A model generated the notes under the pieces. It did not search any database, was not told the DNA's origin, and saw only the letters and a list, made by a program, of their open reading frames with translations. This document shows, in pieces, positions 18,906-29,470 of a stretch of 64,000 nt of DNA. The position numbers and the translations under genes were made by a program. Positions within the stretch are counted from its first letter, which is position 1, and each line of letters opens with the position of its first letter. The stretch comes from Candidatus Levyibacteriota bacterium (GTDB taxonomy: Bacteria > Patescibacteriota > Microgenomatia > Levybacterales > UBA12049). The stretch lies in contig CAWBPM010000003.1 of the NCBI GenBank assembly GCA_963790825.1, forward strand, positions 125,681 through 189,680, written 5' to 3'.

Positions 18906-20321
18906 ATGGTAGAGCGTATTCCTTCTTATATTATTGACACATATAAAAAAATCTCATCGGCAGGATTTAGTGTATATTTGATTGGGGGATCGGTGCGCAG
19001 CTTACTTTTAAAGCAACCAATTGTAGATTGGGACATGACTACGAACGCTACCCCCGAACAAATCCTTCATCTTTTTCCTGACGGATTTTATGATAATCAG
19101 TTCGGCACTGTCGGCTTGCCTATCGAAACCTTGGCGAAGGCAGGGATTCCGCTTAAAGATCACTTGCAGCCCGAACAAAAAGGGGTTTTGGAAATAACTA
19201 CATTTCGAACCGAACAGGCGTACAAAGATAACCGCCATCCGGATAAAGTTACATGGGGAGAAACACTGGAAGAAGACCTAAAACGTCGTGATTTTACTAT
19301 CAATGCAATAGCACTAAAATTACACTACGAAGGCGACCCGATAACCAGCGAGGTAATTGATTTACATAATGGTCAGGAAGATCTTAAAAATCGACTTATC
19401 CGTACCGTAGGGGATCCTAATCAACGATTTAAAGAAGACGCCCTTCGGCTCATGCGTGCAATTCGTTTTGCAACCCAATTAAGATTCCGGATTGAAGAAA
19501 AAACCTTACTTGCAATTCAAACAGACGCTTCGCTGTTACAAAATATATCTGCTGAACGAATTCGTGATGAACTGCTTAAAATTCTTGCAAGCGAATATTC
19601 TTACGAGGGCGTATTGCTTTTACGTAATACCGGACTTCTGCAATATATTCTTCCCGAGCTTCTCAAAGGAATAGGTGTTTCAATGGTACGCCCAGGCAGA
19701 CACCATACAACAGATGTGTTCGACCATAATTTATTAGCTTTAAAATATTGTCCGTCAAATGATCGGATTGTCCGCTTCGCTACACTTATTCATGATGTCG
19801 GTAAGCCATATGTAGCAGGAAAAGATGAAGAGGGATTGGTCATTTTTCATAACCATGAAATTATGGGGGCAAAAATTGCAAGTGAGATCTGTAGTAGACT
19901 GCGATTTTCGAAAAAAGATAGGGATCGAATCGTTAATTTAATTCGCTGGCATATGTTCACGGTTGATGAACATATTACGGATTCGGCGATTCGCCGCTTT
20001 ATCAGGCGGGTGGGCGTAGTAAATGTAAAAGACATATTGGATCTGAGAATCGGCGACCGACTCGGCAGTGGCACGCAAACTGCCGAGTCCTGGCGGCTTA
20101 GAGAGTTTAAAAAAAGAGTTGAGGAACAGCTCTCCCCGATGCCTTTTTCCGTCAGTGATTTGGCAATTGACGGAAATGATGTAATGAAAGAATTGCAGCT
20201 TAAACCCGGACCGAAAATTGGCGAAATCCTGCAAAAACTTTTTGAGGAAGTGGATGAGGACTTAAGTAAGAATAATAAGGACTATTTACTGCAAAGGATA
20301 AAAGAAATTACTAATAAATGA
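18906..20321 (+). CDS. cca: CCA-adding tRNA nucleotidyltransferase with HD domain
   Basis: Pol-beta NTase head (LIGGSVRSLLLKQPIVDWDMTT), RxxRxxRF-like motif, and HD domain (HHTTDVFDHN...IHDVGK). Confidence 0.8.
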   Translation: MVERIPSYIIDTYKKISSAGFSVYLIGGSVRSLLLKQPIVDWDMTTNATPEQILHLFPDGFYDNQFGTVGLPIETLAKAGIPLKDHLQPEQKGVLEITTFRTEQAYKDNRHPDKVTWGETLEEDLKRRDFTINAIALKLHYEGDPITSEVIDLHNGQEDLKNRLIRTVGDPNQRFKEDALRLMRAIRFATQLRFRIEEKTLLAIQTDASLLQNISAERIRDELLKILASEYSYEGVLLLRNTGLLQYILPELLKGIGVSMVRPGRHHTTDVFDHNLLALKYCPSNDRIVRFATLIHDVGKPYVAGKDEEGLVIFHNHEIMGAKIASEICSRLRFSKKDRDRIVNLIRWHMFTVDEHITDSAIRRFIRRVGVVNVKDILDLRIGDRLGSGTQTAESWRLREFKKRVEEQLSPMPFSVSDLAIDGNDVMKELQLKPGPKIGEILQKLFEEVDEDLSKNNKDYLLQRIKEITNK

Positions 20322-21753
20322 CTTTATATAAACGTGCATCTCTAATTTGCTTCACAAGAGAAATTTTTTTAGCATTTTCCATATTACTGACAGCCTGGGA
20401 AAAATTTTGATTAGACTCAAGTAATTGAGTCACCCATTGATTGGGATGTAAATCAACAAGTATATATGTTGGCTTACCGGCAAAATCCAACCACCAACAC
20501 TCCATTTTAGCACACTGCGTATTTGGAACTTTGTGTTTTCGTGGATAAAGCAAATAAACCTCTTTTCGATGACTAATATGAGGAACTAAATTTTGTGCAG
20601 ACGCAACACTTGCATTTTTTGGCAAGAATGCAAATAATGCGTTGTCGTTATCCATCCATGATTCATGTTGCCAATAAACTTTTTTTGCTAATTTATTTAA
20701 AGGAAAGTGAAAATAAAATTGCAATCCTATCGATATAATAAATAAGATGATGACAATAATTTCTACGTTAATTTTTCGTTTTTTCAAAAAAAATAAAACA
20801 TCAAATGTTCCAAGAATTAGAAAAAATGCAAGAATTGCCCGATGATGTAAAAATGGTCCTTGCATCCAACTGAAACTTCCTCCTAATATGAAATATTGGA
20901 ATAAATCACCAAACTCCGCTAACATTGCGCCTGGAGAAAAAATCGGAAGAAAAGAAAACCAAGACAGCGAGTATAGCCATACTTGCCGTCTTTCATTTGT
21001 CGCAAAATAACCTTTTGCAATTTCAATAGGATTATGCGGGATATTTGGAAAATATTCATAACCCACCGGATAGAAATACCCGATAATTTTTATACAAATA
21101 AAACTGGCAATAATCCCACCAATAATAAATAGTATTGCACTTCGTCTATATTTTTTGTAAAACAAATAGACACATCCCAGGCAGGCGAATGCTATTCCCA
21201 TGTTTTCCTGGGTTAATAACGTTAGCAGCAAAAAAGTGATGAATAATTTCTTTTTCTTTGCCTCAAAAAAATATGCTGTCCACACAAGCAAACCAACACC
21301 AATAATAATTGGGTGAAAATCAAAAAATACACCGTACTGAATACCAAAAAACAATGAATAAATAATACTTAATAATAAAGAACTAAAAGCCGAAAGATTT
21401 CGAAGTTTTGCTAAAAGATAAATCGGGATTGTGGATACCGCTATCCAAACTACTTGAAAAATGAGTAATGTCCTGACATCATTCCATATCCAAAAAAGTG
21501 GAGCTAGCAACGGCAAGGTTAAGGTTAAATGATCACCAAGAATAAATCGTTCTTTGATCGTGTTATAGGGAAATAAGAAATGCGCATACTGCCATACTGC
21601 CTGATCAAATATTCCCAGGTCAAATGCGCCAGATTGAAACGTATTATGCCGGATAACTGAAAGTAATGAGTATAAAATTGCTAAAATGACTATCCAAATA
21701 AGCAGTAGAAAGAATGAATACTTTTGAAAAAAAAGGACGACTTGCCGTTTCAC
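20311..21753 (-). CDS. DUF2079 family polytopic membrane protein
   Basis: RHNTFQSGAFDLGIFDQAVWQ signature near the N-terminus and ~12 TM helices. Confidence 0.55.
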   Translation of the reverse strand: MKRQVVLFFQKYSFFLLLIWIVILAILYSLLSVIRHNTFQSGAFDLGIFDQAVWQYAHFLFPYNTIKERFILGDHLTLTLPLLAPLFWIWNDVRTLLIFQVVWIAVSTIPIYLLAKLRNLSAFSSLLLSIIYSLFFGIQYGVFFDFHPIIIGVGLLVWTAYFFEAKKKKLFITFLLLTLLTQENMGIAFACLGCVYLFYKKYRRSAILFIIGGIIASFICIKIIGYFYPVGYEYFPNIPHNPIEIAKGYFATNERRQVWLYSLSWFSFLPIFSPGAMLAEFGDLFQYFILGGSFSWMQGPFLHHRAILAFFLILGTFDVLFFLKKRKINVEIIVIILFIISIGLQFYFHFPLNKLAKKVYWQHESWMDNDNALFAFLPKNASVASAQNLVPHISHRKEVYLLYPRKHKVPNTQCAKMECWWLDFAGKPTYILVDLHPNQWVTQLLESNQNFSQAVSNMENAKKISLVKQIRDARLYKVIY

Positions 21754-21813
21754 ACCATCAATTATAGCAAGAAGCTGATCAATTATATAAATATCATACC
21801 TTTAATTTTTTTA

Positions 21814-23391
21814 TTATCGAAATATCAAGTTTTGATAATAATTCGGATCTGCCGGTTGTTCATTCGCCGGTATCTGTAATTTTTCTACTGTTATTCCACT
21901 GCTAAACGTTTTTGCAAGAATGATTTTACCGCTTGTTCTTACCACATTTTTTTTCCAAAACATATACGCACCATTATCACTGTCGGAATGCGGATACATG
22001 ATAAGATATGTCGTGGGATGTTTTAAATTTGAAGGAGTAATCAGATGGTCTGTATTACTTAACCACCAAAGTAAATAATCCATGTTGTAGGTAAGAATAC
22101 CTGTTGTATACACAAAGTATCCATATGGTCGGTTTTTCGTATCAGAAATAACCCAGTTGGCAACTGCGACTTGATTTTTATATGATCCATCACTCGATGA
22201 TGGATATTGTGGTGCGTTTATATAATTATTCCTTACCCACATTAGGGCAGGAAAAATGACAAACAATAAGAAAATGCTTACTAGTATTTTATAATATGCT
22301 CGTTTTTTCCAAATGTATTGTATTGATAAAGCCAGAACAAAAATCGCAAAGATAGAGATTGGTAAAAGATAATGTGGCCATAACGGTAATGGGTAAAAAA
22401 TATAAATAGCAAAAATCACTATCGGCGAAAGTAAAATAAATACGTATTCTTTTTCTTCCTTTTTTATCTTTTTTTTAGGTATTATGCTTTTTAGAACAAG
22501 AAATATGCCCAGAGTAATAATTGCGGTCAGCAGCCATGAGGTTAACGGGTCACTATTAAATAAAGGAGTAAATAAACTGTTCCATAAATTCGTCATTCTG
22601 TCCTGAAAACGAAAACCGATATTTGCATACTCTTCATATCCCGGTAACGGTTTCACAGGATTAGTAAATAATTTTAATATTGATAAGGTCATAAGGAATT
22701 GATGACGCAGATCGAAAAGAATGAATGTTGATACTGCGAGAATAAATGCTATGATTCCAAGTAAAAAGTTTTTCATTGTCGGCAATTTTCTGCTTATCAG
22801 TAATGCGACTGCAGTCAGGGGGATTAATAAAATTGCAAAGGCTGACTCAAATTGAAACCCCAATCCAATAAAAAAGATTGTTGGAATAATATATTTATCT
22901 TTTCCCCGCATAAATTCAATTATTGAATAAAGATAGAGAAGAACAATTATTGGCAGAACTTGGGCATTTGAGGTAAACGGGACGGTTTCAATCAGTGTTT
23001 GAGAGATAGTAAGGAACAAAGCGAAGAGTAATCCCATCCATTTGTTATATAATTTCCAGCCAACTAAAAAACCAATAAGGATGATTGCAAGATTGACAAT
23101 TTCAAAAAGTGGAACGAGCGTCCAATATGGATTTCCCTTGGCAATCAGGAAAAATGGGGTAATCATATAGATCCATAATGCTCCATGAAAAAGGCCACCG
23201 AGTCCGGTTCTCGCGCCGATAAGCGTCAATTTGTGATCGACGACGATACTTTTTGCAAGCAGCATATCGCGAGATTGATCAAGAAGATAATAAAAATCTC
23301 CAGAAAAAAACATTTTTGAGCGAAGCAGGAATCCGAAGATCAATAAAAGAATAAACAAAGCAGGAACTAGTATTTTTTTATATAAGCTCAC
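21814..23391 (-). CDS. GT-C fold membrane glycosyltransferase-like protein (ArnT/PMT-like)
   Basis: 525 aa. ~11 TM helices with DxxRD-type loop (DQSRDM) near the first TM pair, and a C-terminal soluble domain. Confidence 0.4.
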   Translation of the reverse strand: MSLYKKILVPALFILLLIFGFLLRSKMFFSGDFYYLLDQSRDMLLAKSIVVDHKLTLIGARTGLGGLFHGALWIYMITPFFLIAKGNPYWTLVPLFEIVNLAIILIGFLVGWKLYNKWMGLLFALFLTISQTLIETVPFTSNAQVLPIIVLLYLYSIIEFMRGKDKYIIPTIFFIGLGFQFESAFAILLIPLTAVALLISRKLPTMKNFLLGIIAFILAVSTFILFDLRHQFLMTLSILKLFTNPVKPLPGYEEYANIGFRFQDRMTNLWNSLFTPLFNSDPLTSWLLTAIITLGIFLVLKSIIPKKKIKKEEKEYVFILLSPIVIFAIYIFYPLPLWPHYLLPISIFAIFVLALSIQYIWKKRAYYKILVSIFLLFVIFPALMWVRNNYINAPQYPSSSDGSYKNQVAVANWVISDTKNRPYGYFVYTTGILTYNMDYLLWWLSNTDHLITPSNLKHPTTYLIMYPHSDSDNGAYMFWKKNVVRTSGKIILAKTFSSGITVEKLQIPANEQPADPNYYQNLIFR

Positions 23392-23453
23392 AGTGAAATA
23401 ATATCAAAATTATAACATATCAATTACCGGCTAAATATAGAGACTAGAAGTAA

Positions 23454-23729
23454 TTATTTTCGGCGGGACCTAGCGTTTTCGTAGTAATATCCAAAAGATC
23501 CTAAACGGTAATTTGTTAACCATACTTCACGGGCTAACCAATTAACAGAATATCCTATTATAGGGACAGATGATAGTTTGCCAAATTCGTGTTTGAAACT
23601 TTCCGTTACAGACGGGCGACACTCTCGTTGTGCTTCAATACTTAATTTTCTCGCCTCATTTAAATCAAATACAACCTCCCCGAATTTTTTTACTCCTGCA
23701 ATCGGATGTAGCTCAATGTTTCTTGCCAT
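23454..23729 (-). CDS. Hypothetical small protein
   Basis: 91-aa ORF with no recognisable motif. Confidence 0.25.
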   Translation of the reverse strand: MARNIELHPIAGVKKFGEVVFDLNEARKLSIEAQRECRPSVTESFKHEFGKLSSVPIIGYSVNWLAREVWLTNYRLGSFGYYYENARSRRK

Positions 23730-23802
23730 AGGCAGAATTATACCTCAGTTTTTTTATTATATCAACTTTTGTATTGCCCATAATATATGTTATAATTACC
23801 TT

Positions 23803-24255
23803 ATGACAAAAGCACAACTTCAGGAAGAGCTGAAACAATCCATGCTTGCCAGAAACAGTGAGAAAACCTCAACGCTTCGTATGCTTCTCTCGGCGATAGG
23901 CTATCTTGAAATTGAAAAAGGAGGCGCGGGATATACTGCATCAGAAGAGGATGTGCAAACTGCAATCCAAAAACAAGTTAAGCAGCATAGAGATTCTATC
24001 GAGCAATATGAGACCGCAGGACGATCGGAGCTTGCAGATAAAGAGAAAAAGGAACTCTTACTGCTTCAAGCATATTTACCTGCCCAAATGAGCGAGGAAG
24101 AGATTAAAACCTTGGTACAAAAAGTAATTTCGGAAACAGGCGCCGCTTCGGTCCAAGACCTTGGAAAAGTTATGGGAATTCTCATGCCGCAAACGAAAGG
24201 AAAGGCTGACGGCGGATTGGTTAATAAGATTGTACGCGAAATCCTCCCCTCTTAA
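23803..24255 (+). CDS. GatB/YqeY domain protein
   Basis: 150 aa. LKQSMLARNSEKTSTLRMLLSAIGYLEIEKG...LGKVMGILMPQTKGKADGGLVNKIVREIL matches YqeY. ATG at 23803. Confidence 0.75.
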   Translation: MTKAQLQEELKQSMLARNSEKTSTLRMLLSAIGYLEIEKGGAGYTASEEDVQTAIQKQVKQHRDSIEQYETAGRSELADKEKKELLLLQAYLPAQMSEEEIKTLVQKVISETGAASVQDLGKVMGILMPQTKGKADGGLVNKIVREILPS

Positions 24256-24258
24256 CGT

Positions 24259-24810
24259 ATGCTTTATTTTATTACCTCAAACCAGAATAAAATTGCTGTT
24301 GCGAAAACTTTTCTGGGTCCTCTCGGTATTCCCTTTCAGCCTAAAGATTTGGATCTTATCGAGATTCAATCCGATGATTTTGCAAAAATCGCTTTATATA
24401 AAGCTAAACAAGCGTTTGGTATTATCAAAGAGCCTCTCTTTATTTCGGATCATGCATGGTCAATTCCTGCTCTAAATGGTTTTCCCGGTGCGTACATGAA
24501 ATATATGAATAACTGGTTTACTCCCCAAGATTTTCTAAAACTTATGGAAGGGAAAGATAATAGGGATATATTCCTGACAGAAACACTTTGTTTTATTGAT
24601 AAGAATGGACCAAGGGCATTTTCTAAAAGATATAAAGGCAGCGTACTTTATGAAAAACAGGGAGAGGGTACACCGGCAATGACGGTTACCAGTCTTACAA
24701 AAGACGGAATATCATTAGCGAAAAAATGGAAAGAAAATCCCTCAGCACTTAAGATAAATGACGTATATACCGAATTTGCTTCCTGGCTGAAGAATACAAA
24801 AAAATATTAA
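24259..24810 (+). CDS. Non-canonical purine NTP pyrophosphatase (Ham1/RdgB family)
   Basis: FITSNQNKIAVAK...SDDF...ALNGFPGAYMKY pattern of the ITPase family. Confidence 0.7.
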   Translation: MLYFITSNQNKIAVAKTFLGPLGIPFQPKDLDLIEIQSDDFAKIALYKAKQAFGIIKEPLFISDHAWSIPALNGFPGAYMKYMNNWFTPQDFLKLMEGKDNRDIFLTETLCFIDKNGPRAFSKRYKGSVLYEKQGEGTPAMTVTSLTKDGISLAKKWKENPSALKINDVYTEFASWLKNTKKY

Positions 24811-25715
24811 ACTTTTTTCTTCCTTTTCTGATCCCATTCATGCCACAAAACCAGTAGCGGTGAGGCATTGAAGATACTTGAATATGTTCCGCTGGCAATA
24901 CCGATAAGAAGCGCTACAACAAACCAACGGATTGTATCCCCGCCAAACAATAGAAGGGTGAAGAGAACCAATATCGCGGTCAGCGAGGTATTAAGAGAAC
25001 GGGTCAAGGTCTGTAAAATGGAATTATTAACAATTTGTGGAAATGCAACTCCGCTGGTTCGAAGCAGATTTTCCCGAATCCGGTCAAAAACAACAATGGT
25101 GTCGTGAACTGAAAATCCGATAACTGTTAATACCGCGGTAACGAATAAACTATCCACCTCAACAGCAAAAAAATGACCGAAGAGCGAGAAGAGACCTAAA
25201 AGCACTAACACATCGTGAATGAGTGCAATAATTGCACAAATCCCAAACCGCCAACTACTTGTAGGACTCGGGACTTTTCTAAATGACCAGGCAATATATA
25301 AAACAATGAGGATTGAAGCAAAAATAATAGCATTTATAGCATTCAGTGTAATTTCTTTTCCAATGACAGGACCGATTGTCTCATATTCATCCTGTTTCAG
25401 TGATTTTGTATTTTTTCGCAGTAATGTTAAAATTTGAGCGTCTTTTTTATCGGATACTGAAGCACTTCGTATGTACATATCACTACCCGAAGTCTGAAGT
25501 GTACTGATTTCGATATGCTGTTTGGCAAATACGTTTCTTACTCGTGTTGTATCTTCAGATGTTACACTTTTGGGAAACAGAAGAGTTATGCGCGAACCGC
25601 CGGTAAAATCAATCCCGAGATTTAACCCCCATAGAGACAACGAGATGAGTCCGGGAACAATAATAAGCAGTGAAAATAAAAAGTACCAATTCTTTTTACC
25701 AATAATATCAAGCAT
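24807..25715 (-). CDS. secF: Protein-export membrane protein SecF
   Basis: GIDFTGG motif and 6-TM SecD/F topology. Immediately downstream of secD. Confidence 0.85.
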   Translation of the reverse strand: MLDIIGKKNWYFLFSLLIIVPGLISLSLWGLNLGIDFTGGSRITLLFPKSVTSEDTTRVRNVFAKQHIEISTLQTSGSDMYIRSASVSDKKDAQILTLLRKNTKSLKQDEYETIGPVIGKEITLNAINAIIFASILIVLYIAWSFRKVPSPTSSWRFGICAIIALIHDVLVLLGLFSLFGHFFAVEVDSLFVTAVLTVIGFSVHDTIVVFDRIRENLLRTSGVAFPQIVNNSILQTLTRSLNTSLTAILVLFTLLLFGGDTIRWFVVALLIGIASGTYSSIFNASPLLVLWHEWDQKRKKKV

Positions 25716-25717
25716 AA

Positions 25718-27121
25718 TTATCCTTTATAAAATATTTTTAAGAATGTTCTGGTTACGACAATGGCTGAAAACAATGAGATAAACACACCGGTTGCCAAAG
25801 TTAGGGCAAATCCTCGAATAATACCGGTACCAAAATAATAGAGAATGCTGCTTGTAATAAGACTGGCAATATTTGAATCCCGAATAGAAATCCATGCCCT
25901 GCTGAATCCCTGTTCCAAGGCGACGCTGACTGCTTTTCCTTTTCTAAGTTCCTCCCGCATACGTTCAAAAATCAAAATATTCGCATCAACAGCAATACCG
26001 ATTGATAAAATAAATCCCGCTATACCGGCAAGTGTTAAGGTAATAGGTGGAAATATGAAAAACCCGGTTCTAAAAAATGCCAGGACCAAAAGTGTATAGA
26101 TGGTGAGAGCCATACTGGCGATAACTCCTAACCTTCCGTAGAGACTGCACATAAAAATAATAATAACAAAAAATCCTAAGACTCCCGCAAATAAGCTTTC
26201 TTCCAACGACACCTGCCCAAGCGTCGCACCCACTGACTGTTCTTGCAGTACCGAAAGAGATACGGGCAAGGCGCCGGCATTCAGTTGGATTGCCAAATTT
26301 TTCGCTTGATCTATGGTAAACGACCCGTTAATAACAGCATTACCACTTAGAATTGGTTGACTGACTGTCGGCGGCGGCACTTCGATTAACATGTTATCCA
26401 GAACCATTGCTAAAGGTTTCCCGACATTTCTTTGTGTAATAGCTGCAAATTTACCTGCCCCATCACTGGTAAAAGATAACTGCACCTGCGGTTTGCCCGT
26501 ATTTGGATCAAAGGTTACTGTTGATGAGCGTAAATCCGAACCGCTTAAGTTAGTCTGGTGCGGGTTTTGTAAAAAGTAAGTTATGCCGTAGGGAAGATTC
26601 GCACTGCTGCTCGCCACTTTCTCTTTCGCCGAGGAACTTGCACCTTCTTCCCAAAAGGTTAGCTTGGCAGTGCGACCGATGAGAGAAACTGCAGCATTCA
26701 CATCAGTAACTCCCGGCAGTTCGACGATAATCCTATAATCACTATTTGTTTTTGCCGTTTGTACGACCGGTTCCGATACGCCGTAAAAGTTGACTCGCTT
26801 TTCAATAACGTTTTGCGCCGCATCAAGCGCGTTGTTGCGTTGGCCTTCGGGGATATTATCCATGTTTGCGCGAAGTGTAATACTGGTTCCGCCTTCCAGG
26901 TCTAAGCCTTTTTTGATTGGGAAATTATTTTGAAAATGGATACCGGCAATTGTAAAGTTAGGATTAAATCCAGGGAAAGTTTTATGAATAGAGATTGTTC
27001 TATGAGTCAGCGGATTTGTGAAATCAAATGATACAGGTATTTTTGTAGGTATATTAACTAAGACTGCGAAGATTGTTAGTAGAATAATAATGGTGAGAAG
27101 GGTTCTGGAGGATCTTCTCAT
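25718..27121 (-). CDS. secD: Protein-export membrane protein SecD
   Basis: KGLDLEGG motif, large periplasmic domain and C-terminal 6-TM bundle. Confidence 0.85.
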   Translation of the reverse strand: MRRSSRTLLTIIILLTIFAVLVNIPTKIPVSFDFTNPLTHRTISIHKTFPGFNPNFTIAGIHFQNNFPIKKGLDLEGGTSITLRANMDNIPEGQRNNALDAAQNVIEKRVNFYGVSEPVVQTAKTNSDYRIIVELPGVTDVNAAVSLIGRTAKLTFWEEGASSSAKEKVASSSANLPYGITYFLQNPHQTNLSGSDLRSSTVTFDPNTGKPQVQLSFTSDGAGKFAAITQRNVGKPLAMVLDNMLIEVPPPTVSQPILSGNAVINGSFTIDQAKNLAIQLNAGALPVSLSVLQEQSVGATLGQVSLEESLFAGVLGFFVIIIFMCSLYGRLGVIASMALTIYTLLVLAFFRTGFFIFPPITLTLAGIAGFILSIGIAVDANILIFERMREELRKGKAVSVALEQGFSRAWISIRDSNIASLITSSILYYFGTGIIRGFALTLATGVFISLFSAIVVTRTFLKIFYKG

Positions 27122-27693
27122 GAAAGCATAGCCTCCTCGTCGCCAATTATCATGACGCGGGATCCGGTCAAAATTCCCGTCAGGAATGGGTCATTGCGTT
27201 GCTTGCGAAATTTAAATTCCTCTTCAGACATAGCGGTATAATTAATTTCTGTACCCAATCGCATTTCTTCATTTCGTATTAGAAGTGCAAGCTCCGGTAA
27301 AACTACTGTTCCGACAACGATGAAATCTACCACATCTGCCTGTTTTTTATTTCTTCTCGCAAAACCCCCCGAGAACATGGCAAATTTAATTCTTCCGAGC
27401 TTCATTCGATACTTAATCAGTTCGTCTCCCAGGCCGATTGTTTTTGCGCCGATTGCCAGGAGATCAAAATAAAAAGGGTACGTTTTATCTAAAGAGTAAT
27501 AAACTCTGTTGGCCCGCTGTTCTCTGACTAGAATGCCTTTTTTCTGTAAGAATTGTAATTCCCTGCGAACTGCGTTAATTTCATCTTCAGTTCTCCGAAC
27601 CAGTTCACGTACATGATACATCTCGTACGGCTTGTTCAGGAACACATTGAGAACTTTAACACGGGACTTTGATGTAATCAAATCTGAAAACAT
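27118..27693 (-). CDS. Winged-helix + minimal nucleotidyltransferase-fold protein; 4-nt ATGA overlap with secD
   Basis: N-terminal wHTH (VKVLNVFLNKPYEMYHVRELV...GILVREQRANRVYYSL). C-terminal Pol-beta NTase-like G[SG]xAR...DxxD (MFSGGFARRNKKQADVVDFIVVG). Confidence 0.4.
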   Translation of the reverse strand: MFSDLITSKSRVKVLNVFLNKPYEMYHVRELVRRTEDEINAVRRELQFLQKKGILVREQRANRVYYSLDKTYPFYFDLLAIGAKTIGLGDELIKYRMKLGRIKFAMFSGGFARRNKKQADVVDFIVVGTVVLPELALLIRNEEMRLGTEINYTAMSEEEFKFRKQRNDPFLTGILTGSRVMIIGDEEAMLS

Positions 27694-27769
27694 AATCTCT
27701 TCTTGGGGTAGATTATAGCAAATTTTTAAAAAAAATGCAGTGGAATTTTACTCAATCTTAATTTAGCGC

Positions 27770-28942
27770 TCATTTCACCGTTATCTGAGCATCGGCGGCA
27801 ACAATCTCAAACCATAACTTTCCACGAGTAAATGTAACTTCATTACCGTTACTATCAGTCAGAATCGTCCGGCTAGTCCTGCTGTCTTTACTCCATGTTC
27901 CTTTGATTTCTGTTCCGTTCATGAAAATAAGCGCACGCCCGCTGCCTGTAGTACCGTAAAGCAGATGTTCGTTATCCGTATACCCGTCATTCGCGTGATT
28001 TTCCGTTTCGAAAAGAATTACTACGTCTTTCGCGCTTAACTGTTTGCCGGTATTTCGGTCAATGTGCGGTTTTCCACCATTAGTACGAAGATAAAGATTG
28101 GACGCATTATCGTAATTCCAATCGACTACATAGTCATCATAACCCCAAAACGGTATATCGATACTATTTATCGATCCCCTATCACTCACAGCCGCATCAT
28201 CTTTAAATTTATAGGGAACGAAATTTGTGTCCCAAGATTTACCGTTTTTATCTACGTTGGTTAAGTCGCGCGTTTCGCCCACCTTCCATAATTTTGTCGT
28301 TTCAGAATACATGGTGTGTTCGGTAGCGACAGGATGACCGGCTCGCCCTTCATCCCGCCAGTAAGTCGGGAACCCAACTGAAAATTGATTCAGGTCGTTA
28401 TATCCGGTCCATCCATAGGTATCGATTTGTCCGAGTGCATCAGCAAGACCGGGAGTATTTGCCCCCCCGACATGCGCATAGAGTGGGTAGTCACCGTATT
28501 CCGAAATGTAATCAAGGAAATAAGTACGGGCAGAACGAACCGGCCCAATGATACCTGCATCTTGGCAATAGTAAACGTTAAGAGTTCTGGTTATTCCGCC
28601 CTCTGCTACTGCTTCGTAGGTAACATCCGCAAAAGAGATACCTGACTGAGGCCTGGCATCAATCTCATTTTCAATCATCACGCCAAGGGGACGGTGCCCC
28701 TGCCACCAAGTTTCCTGTTGTTTTGAATATAAAACTCCGTTTAGCGGACAGGCTTCAGTTTTTGGCGCCTTGGCGTCAAACACTAATGCATCATAATTAT
28801 TCGTTTGTTTTGGAGCTGTTACATCAGAGAGATTACTACCTTGACTCACGCCGCTTTTAGTAAAAAACGTGTAAGAAACACCGGCAGAAAGAATGTATAT
28901 AATAAGAGCTAAAAGAATAATACCAAGTTTTTTTTTCATCAT
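27770..28942 (-). CDS. DUF3048 domain lipoprotein (YerB-like)
   Basis: Signal/TM anchor then RPLGVMIENEIDARPQSGISFADVTYEAVAEGGITR, matching the DUF3048 N-terminal consensus. Confidence 0.7.
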   Translation of the reverse strand: MMKKKLGIILLALIIYILSAGVSYTFFTKSGVSQGSNLSDVTAPKQTNNYDALVFDAKAPKTEACPLNGVLYSKQQETWWQGHRPLGVMIENEIDARPQSGISFADVTYEAVAEGGITRTLNVYYCQDAGIIGPVRSARTYFLDYISEYGDYPLYAHVGGANTPGLADALGQIDTYGWTGYNDLNQFSVGFPTYWRDEGRAGHPVATEHTMYSETTKLWKVGETRDLTNVDKNGKSWDTNFVPYKFKDDAAVSDRGSINSIDIPFWGYDDYVVDWNYDNASNLYLRTNGGKPHIDRNTGKQLSAKDVVILFETENHANDGYTDNEHLLYGTTGSGRALIFMNGTEIKGTWSKDSRTSRTILTDSNGNEVTFTRGKLWFEIVAADAQITVK

Positions 28943-29416
28943 TTAATTTACTCCTGTTTTCGCCTTTTGCAGCGCCTTTTTTTCTTCTTCAGACAGATCA
29001 TGCTCAAATCCTTTGCCTTCGATTACTTTTTTCGCATACCATCTCGTTCCTGATCGAGAGTATAGTCCCGAAATCACTACACCTGTATCTTTTGCATCTA
29101 AAAGTGCCAAAATAAAGCTTTGATCCCCACCTGTATCCTTAAATGGATTAAAACGTAAAAGCCCGATTTTTTGGATACAGAAATTATTGTTCTTTTCTAG
29201 AATATCACACCGATTAAGTAAATTGCTAGTAGTTTCTTCATTTATCTGTTGTTTTTTTAGAATTGCGTCGAGTATTTCCTGCAGAGTTTTTTTATTAGTG
29301 TCCTTAGTTAAATTATTGTAATGATTAATTAACCTGTAGTAGAAAAAAGTCAAGATAAGAAGCCACAATAAACCAAGAAATAATCCTATCGTTTCTACAC
29401 TAAAAACCATATACAA
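28943..29416 (-). CDS. DUF4446 family membrane-anchored protein
   Basis: N-terminal TM then LLRFNPFKDTGGDQSFILALLD...GLYSRSGTRWYAK signature. Confidence 0.55.
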   Translation of the reverse strand: MYMVFSVETIGLFLGLLWLLILTFFYYRLINHYNNLTKDTNKKTLQEILDAILKKQQINEETTSNLLNRCDILEKNNNFCIQKIGLLRFNPFKDTGGDQSFILALLDAKDTGVVISGLYSRSGTRWYAKKVIEGKGFEHDLSEEEKKALQKAKTGVN

Positions 29417-29470
29417 ATCATATTAGCCTCTTGACAGGCTGAGTGTCAATAGTGTAATCTAGGCTCATTC

